A DNA stretch of 63,113 bases, filler included, from Reclinomonas americana ATCC 50394 (taxonomy: Eukaryota): NCBI GenBank assembly GCA_048213135.1. It is 7 parts of 5 records of this genome, joined end to end, with 100 filler letters (N's around TTAATTAATTAA, not from the genome) between each part and the next. Parts side by side here need not be neighbours in the genome. Positions count along the whole stretch, not along the records: positions 1 to 12,621 come from PS015654.1; positions 12,722 to 23,866 come from PS015655.1; positions 23,967 to 26,465 come from PS015655.1; positions 26,566 to 43,007 come from PS015656.1; 3 more parts are not named here. One strand, 5' to 3'. Shown here one piece after another: positions 11,667-27,645 of the stretch. Every line of letters begins with the position of its first letter. The stretch's first letter is position 1. A model generated the notes under the pieces. The model did no database searches. It had not been told where the DNA came from and saw only the letters and a program-made list of their open reading frames with translations. The position numbers were made by a program, and so were the translations under genes.

Positions 11667-14600
11667 ATGAGCGCAGGGTCGATGTCGACTCGACGGTGCG
11701 TTCCTCCTTGCCTCTCACTCTCCGTCACACAGGCGGCTATTCGTTCTCATAATGTGTGTCAATTTCCATCGAAAGCAGCACTGTCAGTGTCAGCGAGGAA
11801 GACGACGATGAATTCCTCTTGTCGCCGGTATCTCCTCCGCCTTCTCTCCCGCCTCCGTCTTCCGCAAGGCCGCCGTTGTTGGATCTGCGCAGTGTCGATG
11901 ATGAACATGAGGGCGATCACTGGCTGTCGCGCTGGCAATGGGAACTGGTGACGCTGTTGTTGTTGGTGTTGGGGTACTTTGGCAGGTACTTTTGCACGAT
12001 TCAGTTGCATCAGGTCATTCGTTTGTGGGAGGAGTCGGGTGCGTGCACGTGGCTGTGTGTCTGTGGAGTAAGAGAGTGAGGATTCGCTCACTGTGTCGAT
12101 GGGGGAAAGAGGGCATGTCGGATGCGGACTTTGGAGTGATCCTGGCGGCGGGGTACATTACGGATTGCACGTGTCGTTTCTTATATGGTGCGCTTGGGCG
12201 GGGTGCTGCTTGTGTGTTTGTGTGTGGGAATGTGGGCATGTGGGGTGGCAGTTGGGTGAGATGGGTGGGAAGATGCGCTTTTCTGTCAGCTCAAATCCGT
12301 TATTCCTCTCAGATCGGCGTGCTCTGTCTCGCTCTCTCTCTTTCTCTGATGGAGCTCTGGGCGTTCTCCTACCTTTGCTGGCATTCAGTACGCTGCTACG
12401 TCAAGAGGATTCCTTCCTTGCTCACTCTGCGCTCGTTGAGCGTGGCCTCCTTTTAATGTGGGCTGCTGTCTCCTCGCTCGCTCCTGCATCATTTAACAAT
12501 TCCTTTCATCGCTCGCTTCTGTGCCCGTTGAGCGTGTCATCTTCTTCCCTCGCTCGCACTCAGAGCACTACTGATCGCAGGATACGCTCCTTCCTTTGCT
12601 GCACCTGTACGTGCTGAGGACNNNNNNNNNNNNNNNNNNNNNNNNNNNNNNNNNNNNNNNNNNNNTTAATTAATTAANNNNNNNNNNNNNNNNNNNNNNN
12701 NNNNNNNNNNNNNNNNNNNNNGGGGAAGACCGAAGGGGGAAGACGAAGGGGGAAGACCGAAGGGGGAAGACCGAAGGGGGAAGACGAAGGGGGAAGGGGA
12801 AGGACAGGGGGAAGACGGAAGGGGGGAAGTGAAGGGGGGAAGCAAANNNNNNNNNNNNNNNNNNNNNNNNNNNNNNNNNNNNNNNNNNNNNNNNNNNNNN
12901 NNNNNNNNNNNNNNNNTCCTCCGACTTCCCCCTTCCCTCATCCCCCTTCCGTCCTTCCCCCTTCCGTCTTCCCCCTTCCGTCTTCCCTTTCCCCCTTGAC
13001 CCCTTTTCCGCTCCCCTCCCTTCGCCTCTCCCCACAGGGCCGCACCATGAGCGTCATGTCCATTTCGTACCTCGGCGGCAGCGTGCTCGTGCGCAGCACC
13101 ATCGGGGCCATGATCTCGGCGGGCTCGACGTGGCGCCAAGTGTTTGTCGCGTGTGGCATCATGGCCTTGCTGCTCAACGTGCCTGCGTACTTGTTCCTGC
13201 GCGACTCGCCCGAATCAGTTGCGTGGGTGGCGATGAAGGGGTGGAGAAGCTGCTTTCATTTTGCTGAAGCTTCCGCTTGCAGATCGGATTCCCTCCGGTT
13301 GTTTACAATCGTGCGTGTCTCGTCAATCTGCATTTTAGTCTTCGGCTGCTCACACTCATTTTGGCGTCTGTGCGCCAGGTGACGACTTGCCCCAATCCAA
13401 TCTCACTCCCGCTCAAGAGCAGCGAGCCTACCGGGCGCTGCTGCTGCGCATCGCCAAGACTCGCGTGTTTTGGGTGGTGGCCATTCTGGCGATGCTCATC
13501 TTTAGCATTCGAGAGGTTGGTGACGCGGCGGATGCCTTGATACTCCAACTTGTGATTGATCACGTTCCTCTGCAGTTTTTCCTCTCATACGCTTCCAAGT
13601 TCATCGCTTTCGTGTACTGCGCCTCACGACTAGAAGACGGCGTGCTCGGTATATGTGCTTTCCGCCTTCCTCTTCCTCACTTCACGTGCTCACACGTAGT
13701 GCAGCGCTGCCGGAGGTGATGGGCCAGTGCCTGAACTCGCCCGCCGCCAACTCCTTCGCCGCGTACACCTCCAGCTTCATGCCGCTGGCTGGTATAATAT
13801 CGTCGCTGGGTGCTGGCTGGATCCGAGATCGCACACCGAAGCAGGGTCGCGCCCTGCTCATGCTGGCGTACATGTGCATCCTCTTCCTCGCGCTCAATAT
13901 TATGCTCTGGAGCAGCTCACCAGGTGAGAGTGATTCTTGCGATGGTTGGTGGGTGGAGAAGTGAAATCTTACCTTTTGTCGCAGGACCACCTCCTTCGCT
14001 GACCCTCAGCGCCTCGGCGGTAATCATGATGGGCTTTGGCATCATTGGACCGTACTCGCTCATCGGCGGTGTCTTGGTCCTCGAGATTGGCGGTTCGTCC
14101 TCACCTTGCAGCGAGTTGTGCATTTGGTTCTCGGTGCTCACTTCTCCTTGAACTTTCACAGGCAAACAGGTGCGACTCGATAAAACCCCTGTGTCTGCGC
14201 CATCACCTGTCTCACTCTGTTCTCCTGCAGGCATCGTCGGCAGTCAGCACAGCCATTGAATGTTGCGTGCTTTCACAAGCGTGAGCATTCTTGTCGTTGT
14301 TTCTGCACTCCTTGTTGTCGGTCTTGTACTTCTTTGTATCGTCGCACCCTTGTCTTTGTCCCTCCACTTCGTCTTTCCTCTGTCGCCTCACTCGTTGGCA
14401 TCATCGTCCATTCCTTCATTTTTCTCCCACTCTTTCCCCTTCTCTTCCCCCCACTCCCATTCTCGTCCCCCCATTCTCTTCCCCCACACTTCCCCCTCTC
14501 TCCCCCCTCCCAGCGTTCGGCATGCTCGGCACCTGCGTGATCATCCTGATCAGCTCAACGCTGATCTCGAGCTGGATCGGCACCTTCCGCCTGCTCATCG

Positions 14601-15037
14601 TCACCCTCTCGCTGGCCATGTGCCTCACGCTCTACCTGTGGTACCTCGATCGCAGGCCGCCAGAGGCCGATGCGTCTGCCGTTTCCGAAGGTGCTCCTTC
14701 TCCTCATCCCATCATGTTTTCTGCAGTCACTGAACTCTCTGCAGACCCCAAGACACCTCTGGTGGGCGACGACCGGCCACGCGAAGGCAGTTTCCACGAC
14801 CTCGCCTCCGTGACGTCGCCGACGACAGCCGTGGAGGCCGCCAACAACCACAATAACAGCAACGTCCGACAACAGCACAGCAGTGCGGTTCAGGATACCT
14901 CGTGGCGAGGGCGTGGCGACAGCGACGGCGACCGTGAGAGCGCCGCCGTCGAAATGCGCCTCATGAGAGCGATTCGCACGGCGGCGCCTGTTGGTGGCGA
15001 GGAGGAGGTGAAGGGCTCATCGTCGGGCACTCGTTGA
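11667..15037 (+). CDS. MFS transporter, organophosphate:Pi antiporter-like (GlpT/UhpT/SLC37); start uncertain
   Basis: Multiple TM exons, LVLGYFGRYF, spliced LRDSPES|IGFPP, GAGWIRDR and GFGIIGPYSLIGGVLVLEIGGKQASS. Spans a contig linker at ~12666. Confidence 0.8.
12666..12677. other. Artificial contig linker TTAATTAATTAA (also at 23911, 26510, 43052, 50737, 58837)
   Basis: Identical 12-mer with stops in all six frames, always between N runs. Confidence 0.95.
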
Positions 15038-15116
15038 CGAATGGCGATGATGTACGATTAGCTTGTTTAACACAATGGAAGGCGATGAATAAAGATTGTT
15101 TCCTTGTTGTACATTG

Positions 15117-17197
<2,081 letters not shown>

Positions 17198-17262
17198 CAC
17201 AATAAACACAACAATCAGACAATCCGTCCTGCGCAGGACACGGGTCGACATCGATTCCCGAC

Positions 17263-20200
17263 ATGGACGAGAAAGCAGTGACGTTTTCGACTCCGGGCGA
17301 CGCGCCTCTACGCGCGCGCGGACACGCGAGCAGCAGCAGCAACGGCGCCTCCTCTGCCGCACTGCTGGGCGATGCAGGCGACGAGGCAGCAGCAGCAGCA
17401 GCAGCTCCCTCCACCACTGTCGAATATGAGTGCCCAGTGGGCGATGCAGCGCGCAGAGTTACTCCCCATGTGTGCGAGTCATCGTCCAATGAGTGTGTGC
17501 TCACTCGCTCCGTACAGGTTCCGTTGATTGATGACGATCGCGTGGCGCTGTTGACTCGATTTGGATCCAGCTTTGCGGTGCTGCGTCTTGCCGCCGTTCA
17601 TCACAAAGCGAAGGACGCCGACGACGATGACGATGCGTGTTTGGTGATGATTCACGTGTCGCCGGCCTTTGCGAGGAACACCGGCTATCATGCGTCGGAG
17701 CTGCTCGGGAAGCCGGTGGCGTTCCTCGGGCATCAGAGGTCAGTGATTGGTCTGACCATTCGCGCGCCGGAGTCGGAGTTCCATTACGGGCGATGTTTAC
17801 ATATCGATGTGCATTGTGTAGTGAGCACTGTGAGGGTGATGTGCGGAATGAGATCAATGCGCAGGCGCGGCGGGATATGATGCGCAATGTGCACTCGGGC
17901 GATGAGTTCTCGGTGCGATTTCTGCATTTCCATCGGAATGGCACCGAGTTCTGGAACCTCCTGCACTTCTTCCCGCTGGAGGGCATCGAGAGCGGCCATG
18001 TGCAGGATAGTCTGCAGCATGTGTTGCCGAAGTATTTCATGGCCGTGCAGTGTGGTGAGTATAGGAGAGACACGGAGGAGTCGTTCGGAGCGCTGATCGT
18101 GTGCGGATAGATGTGACGCGCATGGAGGACTCGTCGGAGGACCACTCGGAGGTGGAGCCTCGGCATGCCATGGCCGCGTCTGCAGTGCCTCTGCTCTCCA
18201 AGGCCGACGAGTTGCGTCCCTCGCAAGGGAGGGAGAGATGGGAGCAGGGAGAGAGACATGTTTGTGTTTGTCTACGGAGTCTCACTGGGCTGGACATCTG
18301 AATCTCGGGCACAGTGACGAGGAGGATCGGAACACGCGCGGCATCTCCTTCCGCCACAACACCGTCAGTCTCGACTTTTACAACCTGTCGTACCACGTCG
18401 AAAGCAGTGGAGTGGGATCGTCGCAGAACGTGCGTCGCCAGATTCTCGACAACATTGAGGGTTTTGCCCGTCCCGGCCAGTTGTTGGCTGTTGCGTTCAT
18501 GACGGACGGGCTTGTCGGGGGGAGTGCTCCGCGCGTCTCTGATCGCCGATGCTCATTCATGACGTTTTGTGCAGCTCATGGGTCCGTCGGGAAGCGGCAA
18601 GACGGTACGCACCTACGACAAGGAGGAGAGCAAGGGAGTGAGAATCGGCGATGCTAAATGACTTGTCGCCTCCCCGTGCAGACTCTTCTCTCCATTCTCG
18701 GCAGTCGCATCTCGCACAATGTCACCGGCACCATTCTCTTCAACGATGGGCCGCCCACCAAGCAGACCAAGCGCACAACCGGCTACGTGCTGCAAGAAGT
18801 TGCGTGAAGCGGCCAGCCTCGCATCACATAGGTTTTCTGTTTCTCATTCGCCCTGTTCCTTCCCTTCTTTCGCCTGTTCCTCCCGCCTGTTACTTCCCCG
18901 CTTCTCCCCTTCTCCCTCCCGTGTCTCTTACCTTCTTCTCCTCTTCTCCTTCCACGTTTCATTCCTCCCTCCTCCTTCCCTGCTCCTTCCCTCTTTTCCT
19001 CCCCCTTCTCCTTCCCCTTTTTCCTTCCCCCTTTTCCTTCTCCTTCCACGTTTTATTCCTCCCTCCTCCTTCCCTGCTCCTTCCCCCTTTTCCTCCCCCT
19101 TCTCCTTCCCCTTTTTCCTTCTCCCTTTTCCTTCTCCCTTGCCTCCCACTCCTCACCCCCTTCTCCTTGTTTCCCCTTCTCCTCACCCTTCCCGTCTGCG
19201 CAGGACATCATGTTCAGCAACCTGTCGGTGCGCGAGACGCTGCTGTGCACGGCTCGATTGCGCCTACCGCAGCGACTGTCGCTGGCGGAGAAGGAGCGAG
19301 CGGTGAGTGGGAGATAAGTGTCGCCTGTCGCCATGCACCGCATGATTCTGACCGCTCCACAGGTCGACATGGTGCTCAGCACGCTCGGCCTCTCGCACGT
19401 GCAGGTCGGTGGTGCACCATTGTAGTGCCTCCTTCACTGTCTCAAGCGTGTTGCCGCCACACAGAACTCCCTGATTGGATCGGCGTGGACGCGCGGCATT
19501 AGCGGCGGCGAGCGCAAGCGTGTGAATATCGGCAATGAGGTGCTGATCGATCCAAAGGTGTGTGCTCGCTTCCGTCGTCATTTTCCCCCGGTGTATTTGC
19601 TGTGCTGAGTCCTGCCACAGTTGCTGCTGCTTGACGAGCCCACAAGGTGAGCTTGCTGCTGGAAACGCAGAGGATCGAGAGCCATATTCCTCACGCTTTC
19701 AGCACAGTGGTCTCGATTCGAGCACCGCGTACGGTCTGATCAAGACGCTGCGAGCAATGGCCAGGAACGACAGGAGGACAGTGGTGAGTGTGCGCCGCTT
19801 GTTCTACTTTTTTTGCTGTCTGTGACTCTGACAAGGTGGCCACACAGATCTGGTTTGTTTTTATCGCTTCCGTTTTGTGCTCCGTTTTTCGGAGATGTCT
19901 CACCTGTTTCCATTTTTCAACTCGGCGGCCCGACAGCTCCATTCATCAGGTATTTTGTGTTTTTTCCTCTTTCGTGTCTCCTGCACTCGCTGACGCCGCT
20001 CCTCCTCCTCCTCCTCCTCCGCAGCCGTCATCGGAGATCTTTGAGCTGTTTGACAATTTGCTCTTCCTCGGTGCGTCGCTCCTGTGTCTCCTCCTTGTCC
20101 GTGAAGAAGAATGACACTGAATATTTGCTCAACTCCGACAGCCGGCGGCAAGCCCGTTTACTTTGTTGCGTTGCACACGTCCTCCAACGTGTGTGAGAGA

Positions 20201-22401
20201 GTGCATGCCATGTCTGACAGCGAGCGCAGGGACCCATCCGAGAGGTGGTGCCGTACTTTGAGAGTCTCGGATACCGCTGCAAGGATAATTACAACCCGTC
20301 GGACTACATCATGTCGTTGGTGACGCCGGGCATGCATGTTGCGTGACTTGATGTCGCACCTTTGCCTCTCCCGCTCTCGTAATCTCACTCTCGGCGTGCA
20401 GCACAACACGAGCGACATTTGCAAGCATCTGACCGACGCGTACACGTACAAGTACACTCCGTCGCCAGAGGACGAAGAGCAGGGGCTGCCGGCGGTGCAG
20501 CCACACCACGTCCACGTGAATGTGCCGCACAGCAAGGAGGAGGAGAGGGAAGAGACGGCGTCGTATGACGTCTCGTGGTGGGAGCAGGTGCGTTTGCAGT
20601 TAAAGAAGATGGATTAATGAGCAAGCATGCTGACTTTCGCTTTGCAGTTCAAGGTGCTAACCTGGCGCTCGTTCAAGCAAACGCGTGGCGACATCTTCAC
20701 ATGGACGCAGACAATTCAAGTTTCGTCGTCGTCGTCCAATCTCGTTGGTTAGGGATGATGCTGATTGCTTGCCTGATAGATTATTTCGACGATCCTGGTG
20801 GTCGGCTTCTTGTGGTATCGCATTCCGGAGGATGCAGCCTCGTTGCAGGACCGACGTGGCGCAGTGTTCTTCAACGTCGTCTTCTGGGCGTTCTTCCCGC
20901 TCTTCAATGCGCTCACACTGTGTTGCGTGGCACTCCCGGCGTCGAGAGAGAGTGNNNNNNNNNNNNNNNNNNNNNNNNNNNNNNNNNNNNNNNNNNNNNN
21001 NNNNNNNNNNNNNNNNNNNNNNNNNNNNNNNNNNNNNNNNNNNNNNNNNNNNNNNNNNNNNNNNNNNNNNNNNNNNNNNNNNNNNNNNNNNNNNNNNNNN
21101 NNNNNNNNNNNNNNNNNNNNNNNNNNNNNNNNNNNNNNNNNNNNNNNNNNNNNNNNNNNNNNNNNNNNNNNNNNNNNNNNNNNNNNNNNNNNNNNNNNNN
21201 NNNNNNNNNNNNNNNNNNNNNNNNNNNNNNNNNNNNNNNNNNNNNNNNNNNNNNNNNNNNNNNNNNNNNNNNNNNNNNNNNNNNNNNNNNNNNNNNNNNN
21301 NNNNNNNNNNNNNNNNNNNNNNNNNNNNNNNNNNNNNNNNNNNNNNNNNNNNNNNNNNNNNNNNNNNNNNNNNNNNNNNNNNNNNNNNNNNNNNNNNNNN
21401 NNNNNNNNNNNNNNNNNNNNNNNNTTCGGTCCGTACCACGCACGCGCCTCCTCTCTCCTCTCCCCCCTCCCTCCCTCCTCCCTCCCTCCTCGCCCTCCCC
21501 TCCTCGCCCTCCCTCCTCTCTCTCTCTCTCTCCGTCTTCCTCTCTGTATGTGCTCATGCTGTCGCGTGCGCAGGTGTATCCCTTCGTGTACGCCACCTGC
21601 ATCAACTACATTGTTGGTCTTGGCGACTCACCACGTACGTCGCATGCATGCGTGTGGCACTATCGTTGTCTGCCCCTCACCTCGTGTGCAGGCATCTACT
21701 TCAAGTTCCTCGTGGTGGTGCTGATTTCGGCGCAAGTGTCCTACTCCATCGGCCTGGCGATTAGGTGCGTGCCCACCACTGAAATGGGCTCTGCGAATCC
21801 ACAAAGCTCACACCTCGTCGCCAACCACAGCACGGCGGTGATGGATCTGAAGAAGGCCATGACGTTTGCCACCATTCTTACTCTTGGTTTCATGCTTCTC
21901 GGCGGGTTCGTGATGCCGTGAAGAGCGCCCGTTTCTCACAGTCGCCTCTCACCATTGCTTGGTGTGGTATAGTTTCTACATTGCACCCGATCACATTCCC
22001 GTGTGGCTGCGGTGGATTCGGTGGGTCTCCTTTATCAATGTTGCGTTTTCTTGCCGGTGGTGCGAGCCTTCTTGTCCCCTCGTGAAAACTCATTGCTCCT
22101 TCACAGTACACATACTCGTCCGCCATCAAAACGGTCGTCGAAGGGCGCGACTTCCCGTGCACAAGTACGTCGGATTGTGTTCCTCACTCTGCATACTTCG
22201 TACTCACGCGCCAGTCATTGGCTGCGATTTGCAGACGTCGCCGACTCCATCTACAATGCGTGCCCGGTGACTGGCGACAACATTCTATCGCACGAAAATC
22301 TCACGCCTTTCAGCTACGGTATCGACATCCTGGTGCTCATCGGCTACGCCCTGTTCTACCGCGTGCTGGCCTACGTGTTCCTGCGTATCAAGGGCCGCTA
22401 A
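17263..22401 (+). CDS. ABCG (White-family) half transporter with an N-terminal LOV-like PAS domain
   Basis: PAS: IHVSPAFARNTGYHASELLGKPVAFL...HFHRNGTEFWNLL...YFMAVQCDVT. ABC: LMGPSGSGKT, GYVLQED, ISGGERKRV, LLLDEPTSGLDS, TVICSIHQPS, YNPSDY. These are followed by an ABC2 membrane domain (LLGGFYI, IPVWLRWIRWVSFINY) and a stop at 22401. All visible junctions splice in frame. Confidence 0.85.
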
Positions 22402-22488
22402 TCGGTCGACCCGCTACTTCACACCTTATAGAGACACAGAATATCCACAATAATAGAAACAACCTGCCTTGTTTTGAACATCCATCTT

Positions 22489-23640
22489 TTACACGATCTT
22501 GTTGGTCAGATCCGACAGCGCCTGCACCATGGCTCGCGACAGCTCACCAATTTCGTCAGCGCGACTCACCAGGGGCTCCATCGGCGGCTTCAGGCTCAGG
22601 AAGTTGTTCAGCGCCAGCTCACATCGCTCGGTGCTGAGAGAGAAAAGAGAATGTGAGTTCTCACAGAAGACTTGCAGTGCACATCGCCAATCGACGAACC
22701 GTTCTTCCCGGGCCGGATCTGGTCCAATGCTCGTGCGCGCGGCAAGTGTGTCTCGAATCACAGCCGAGAACCCGGTGAACAGGACGCGGGCGGCCCGCAA
22801 CGCGGCAATCACATGTCTGCAGACAATGAATTAGAATAGAGACATTCTCCCCACTCCTCTGTCTTCGACGTGACACGCAACGACTGGAAACCGGAATTGA
22901 GCAGGGTTCGCAGCATGGGGAGAAGCATGGTGCAATGGTCGAGTTTGAAGTACATCAGGCGCGATTCATCGCTAAACAGCTGATTGAGGACATCGACCTG
23001 CAAGCACGCACCGGAAATGAGCTACCAACGTCGCCGAGAAAACGGCAACACCCACTTGATCACTCACTTGCGACGACGGATCGGCCAAGCGAGTGAGCGC
23101 CTCCACAGCGCCCCTCACATCTCCATTCGCCCACAGAGTTCGCACGACCTTGATGTTGGTTTGACGCATGGCGAGAATGCCGCACATGGTGTTGTGCTCC
23201 CTCAGCAGAGCCTCTATGATTTCCGCGTCGCTGTGTGACAGCGGCGTTGGTCCCTCCTGCTCGCCAGCAACGAGAAGGAAGAATTGAGAGTGAGACATGA
23301 GAGTGAGGACGGCGCTGGCAGAAAATCCCACGCACCACTTGTGGCATGAACTGCTTAATGTCGAGTCCGAGAGGAGCGTCGGTGGGGGCACGGATAAAGG
23401 TGCGCGCCATTTCATCGTCCTGGTCGGGTCCACCAGATGCCACAGCTACGCCACAGAAAAAGGGTGAGGAAGAACAATCAAATGCTGGTCGAGCAGTTGT
23501 ACTTGTTACTCACCAGCAGCGGCCAGCCGTACAGATGCTGGAATCGGCCGTGGTGGCGCTTGGGAAGAGGACGGCGCGGCAGGAGCGGGAGCGGGTGCTG
23601 GTGCTGTGGGGGCGGCAGTTGGCTGGGAAACTGCAGAAGA
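22489..23640 (-). CDS. KATNB1: Katanin p80 subunit C-terminal (con80) region, 5'-partial
   Basis: PLGLDIKQFMP, HNTMCGILAMRQTNIKVVRTLWANGDVRGAV, LDHCTMLLPMLRTLL and AREERFERC, with stop at 22489. Could also be KATNBL1-like. Confidence 0.8.
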
Positions 23641-23695
23641 CGGAGCAGTGAGCACGAATGAGGAAGGGGGGAAGCAGCGGATCAAAGCTGGGTTC

Positions 23696-23732
<37 letters not shown>

Positions 23733-23738
23733 AGAGAC

Positions 23739-23774
<36 letters not shown>

Positions 23775-23975
23775 AGAGACGAAGAAGTAAGACAGTAGAG
23801 AAGGTAGGAGTAGAGAGTAGGAAGGGAAGGTAGGAGGAGGACGACGACGAAGAAGTGTGTGAGTAGNNNNNNNNNNNNNNNNNNNNNNNNNNNNNNNNNN
23901 NNNNNNNNNNTTAATTAATTAANNNNNNNNNNNNNNNNNNNNNNNNNNNNNNNNNNNNNNNNNNNNCCCCTCTCT

Positions 23976-26004
<2,029 letters not shown>

Positions 26005-26121
26005 NNNNNNNNNNNNNNNNNNNNTTGAAAACAGAAAAAATACGACCTCCATTGAGAGTTGTCTCATGCAATACTCGAGTGGAGACAGTGCGTTCCGTCA
26101 ATAGTATTGTGTTCTTCTAGC

Positions 26122-26465
<344 letters not shown>

Positions 26466-27028
26466 NNNNNNNNNNNNNNNNNNNNNNNNNNNNNNNNNNN
26501 NNNNNNNNNTTAATTAATTAANNNNNNNNNNNNNNNNNNNNNNNNNNNNNNNNNNNNNNNNNNNNTCGCCACCCTCTTTTGATCATGAGGCGAAGCGACG
26601 AGAATGCCTGGTGCCGTCAATTTTGTAGGAGAGGGAGACACGGCTGTGACCTGGGAAGGTTCGAATTGCAAGTCTCCGTTGCCTATGTCGATGTTGTCCA
26701 TCTGTCCGGTTTTTCTGAATGCTCATTTTTCGTGCAGCAGCAGGCGGCCCACCGTCAGCCTGGCAGCCTTTCCCCTAATGATGACCACCACCACCCTCAC
26801 CTACACAAGCACTTCCGGTTCGAAACCCACTGCACCGAAGAAAAACGCTCGAATACGTTTACAGCCAGCCGATTTCGGTTTTTCTCCGTTTTTTCCCGGA
26901 CAAAACCGCAGGCTGGAGATCGGTTTGCTCACACTTGCCTCTTTACGTCTTCGAGAGAGCGAAAGCCACTCACACAACAACAACAAACAACAACCCTCTT
27001 CCCTCTTTTTACCACAACCCATCCCATC

Positions 27029-27567
27029 ATGAAGGTCGTCTGCGTCGGTGCTGGTTATGTCGGTGAGTGTCTCTCTCCCCCCACCTCCCTCTCCCTCTCC
27101 TCCTCCCATCTCTTCCCTCTTCCTCACCACCCTTTCCCTCTCCCCCTCCCAGGTGGTCCCACCATGGCGGTGATGGCGCTCAAGTCGCCCGACGTGCAAG
27201 TGTGGGTGGTCGACCTCAATCGCACCCTCATTGACAAGTGGAACTCGGACAAGCTGCCGATCTACGAGCCCGGCCTCGAGGAGGTGGTGATGGCCTGCCG
27301 TGGCCGCAACCTGTTCTTCTCGTCGGACGTGAGCAACACGGTGCGTGACGCCGACGTGGTGTTCGTGGCCGTCAACACGCCGACCAAGGTGTACGGTGTG
27401 GGCGAGGGCCGCGCCGCCGAGGTCAAGAACATTGAGGCCGTGGCGCGCATGCTGTGCGAGAACATGGGCACCGGCTTCAAGGTCGTTGTGGAGAAGTCGA
27501 CGGTGCCGGTGCGCACCTCGGAGACGCTGCGCAAGATCTTCTCCGCGAACCAGAGTGCCGTGGAGGG
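27029..27567 (+). CDS. UGDH: UDP-glucose 6-dehydrogenase, N-terminal part (truncated by gap)
   Basis: MKVVCVGAGYVG|GPTMAVMA, LPIYEPGL, CRGRNLFFS, FVAVNTPTK and VVEKSTVPV. Confidence 0.95.
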
Positions 27568-27645
27568 NNNNNNNNNNNNNNNNNNNNGAGGGGCTCTCTC
27601 CACCCTTCTCCTGCTCTTTGCTCCTCATTCCACTCTCTGTCGCAG

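Noticed and set aside
12622..12721. Recurrent palindromic TTAATTAATTAA
   Set aside because: Always embedded in N runs with stops in six frames, so it is an assembly linker, not biology.
12722..13030. GGGGAAGAC(C)GAA repeats facing TTCCGTCTTCCCC repeats (hairpin, G-quadruplex or telomere-like)
   Set aside because: The two halves are separated by gaps. This is most likely one intronic minisatellite with a flipped fragment.
18211..18280. Reading shifted donors as non-canonical G|TT-AG introns
   Set aside because: At well-conserved motifs (18490, 18799, 20165, 13218) only cleavage before the G keeps the frame, so the introns are GT-AG.
18940..19130. ~87-bp tandem duplication in an ABCG intron
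   Set aside because: Ordinary slippage in a CT-rich tract, with no terminal repeats or coding signal.
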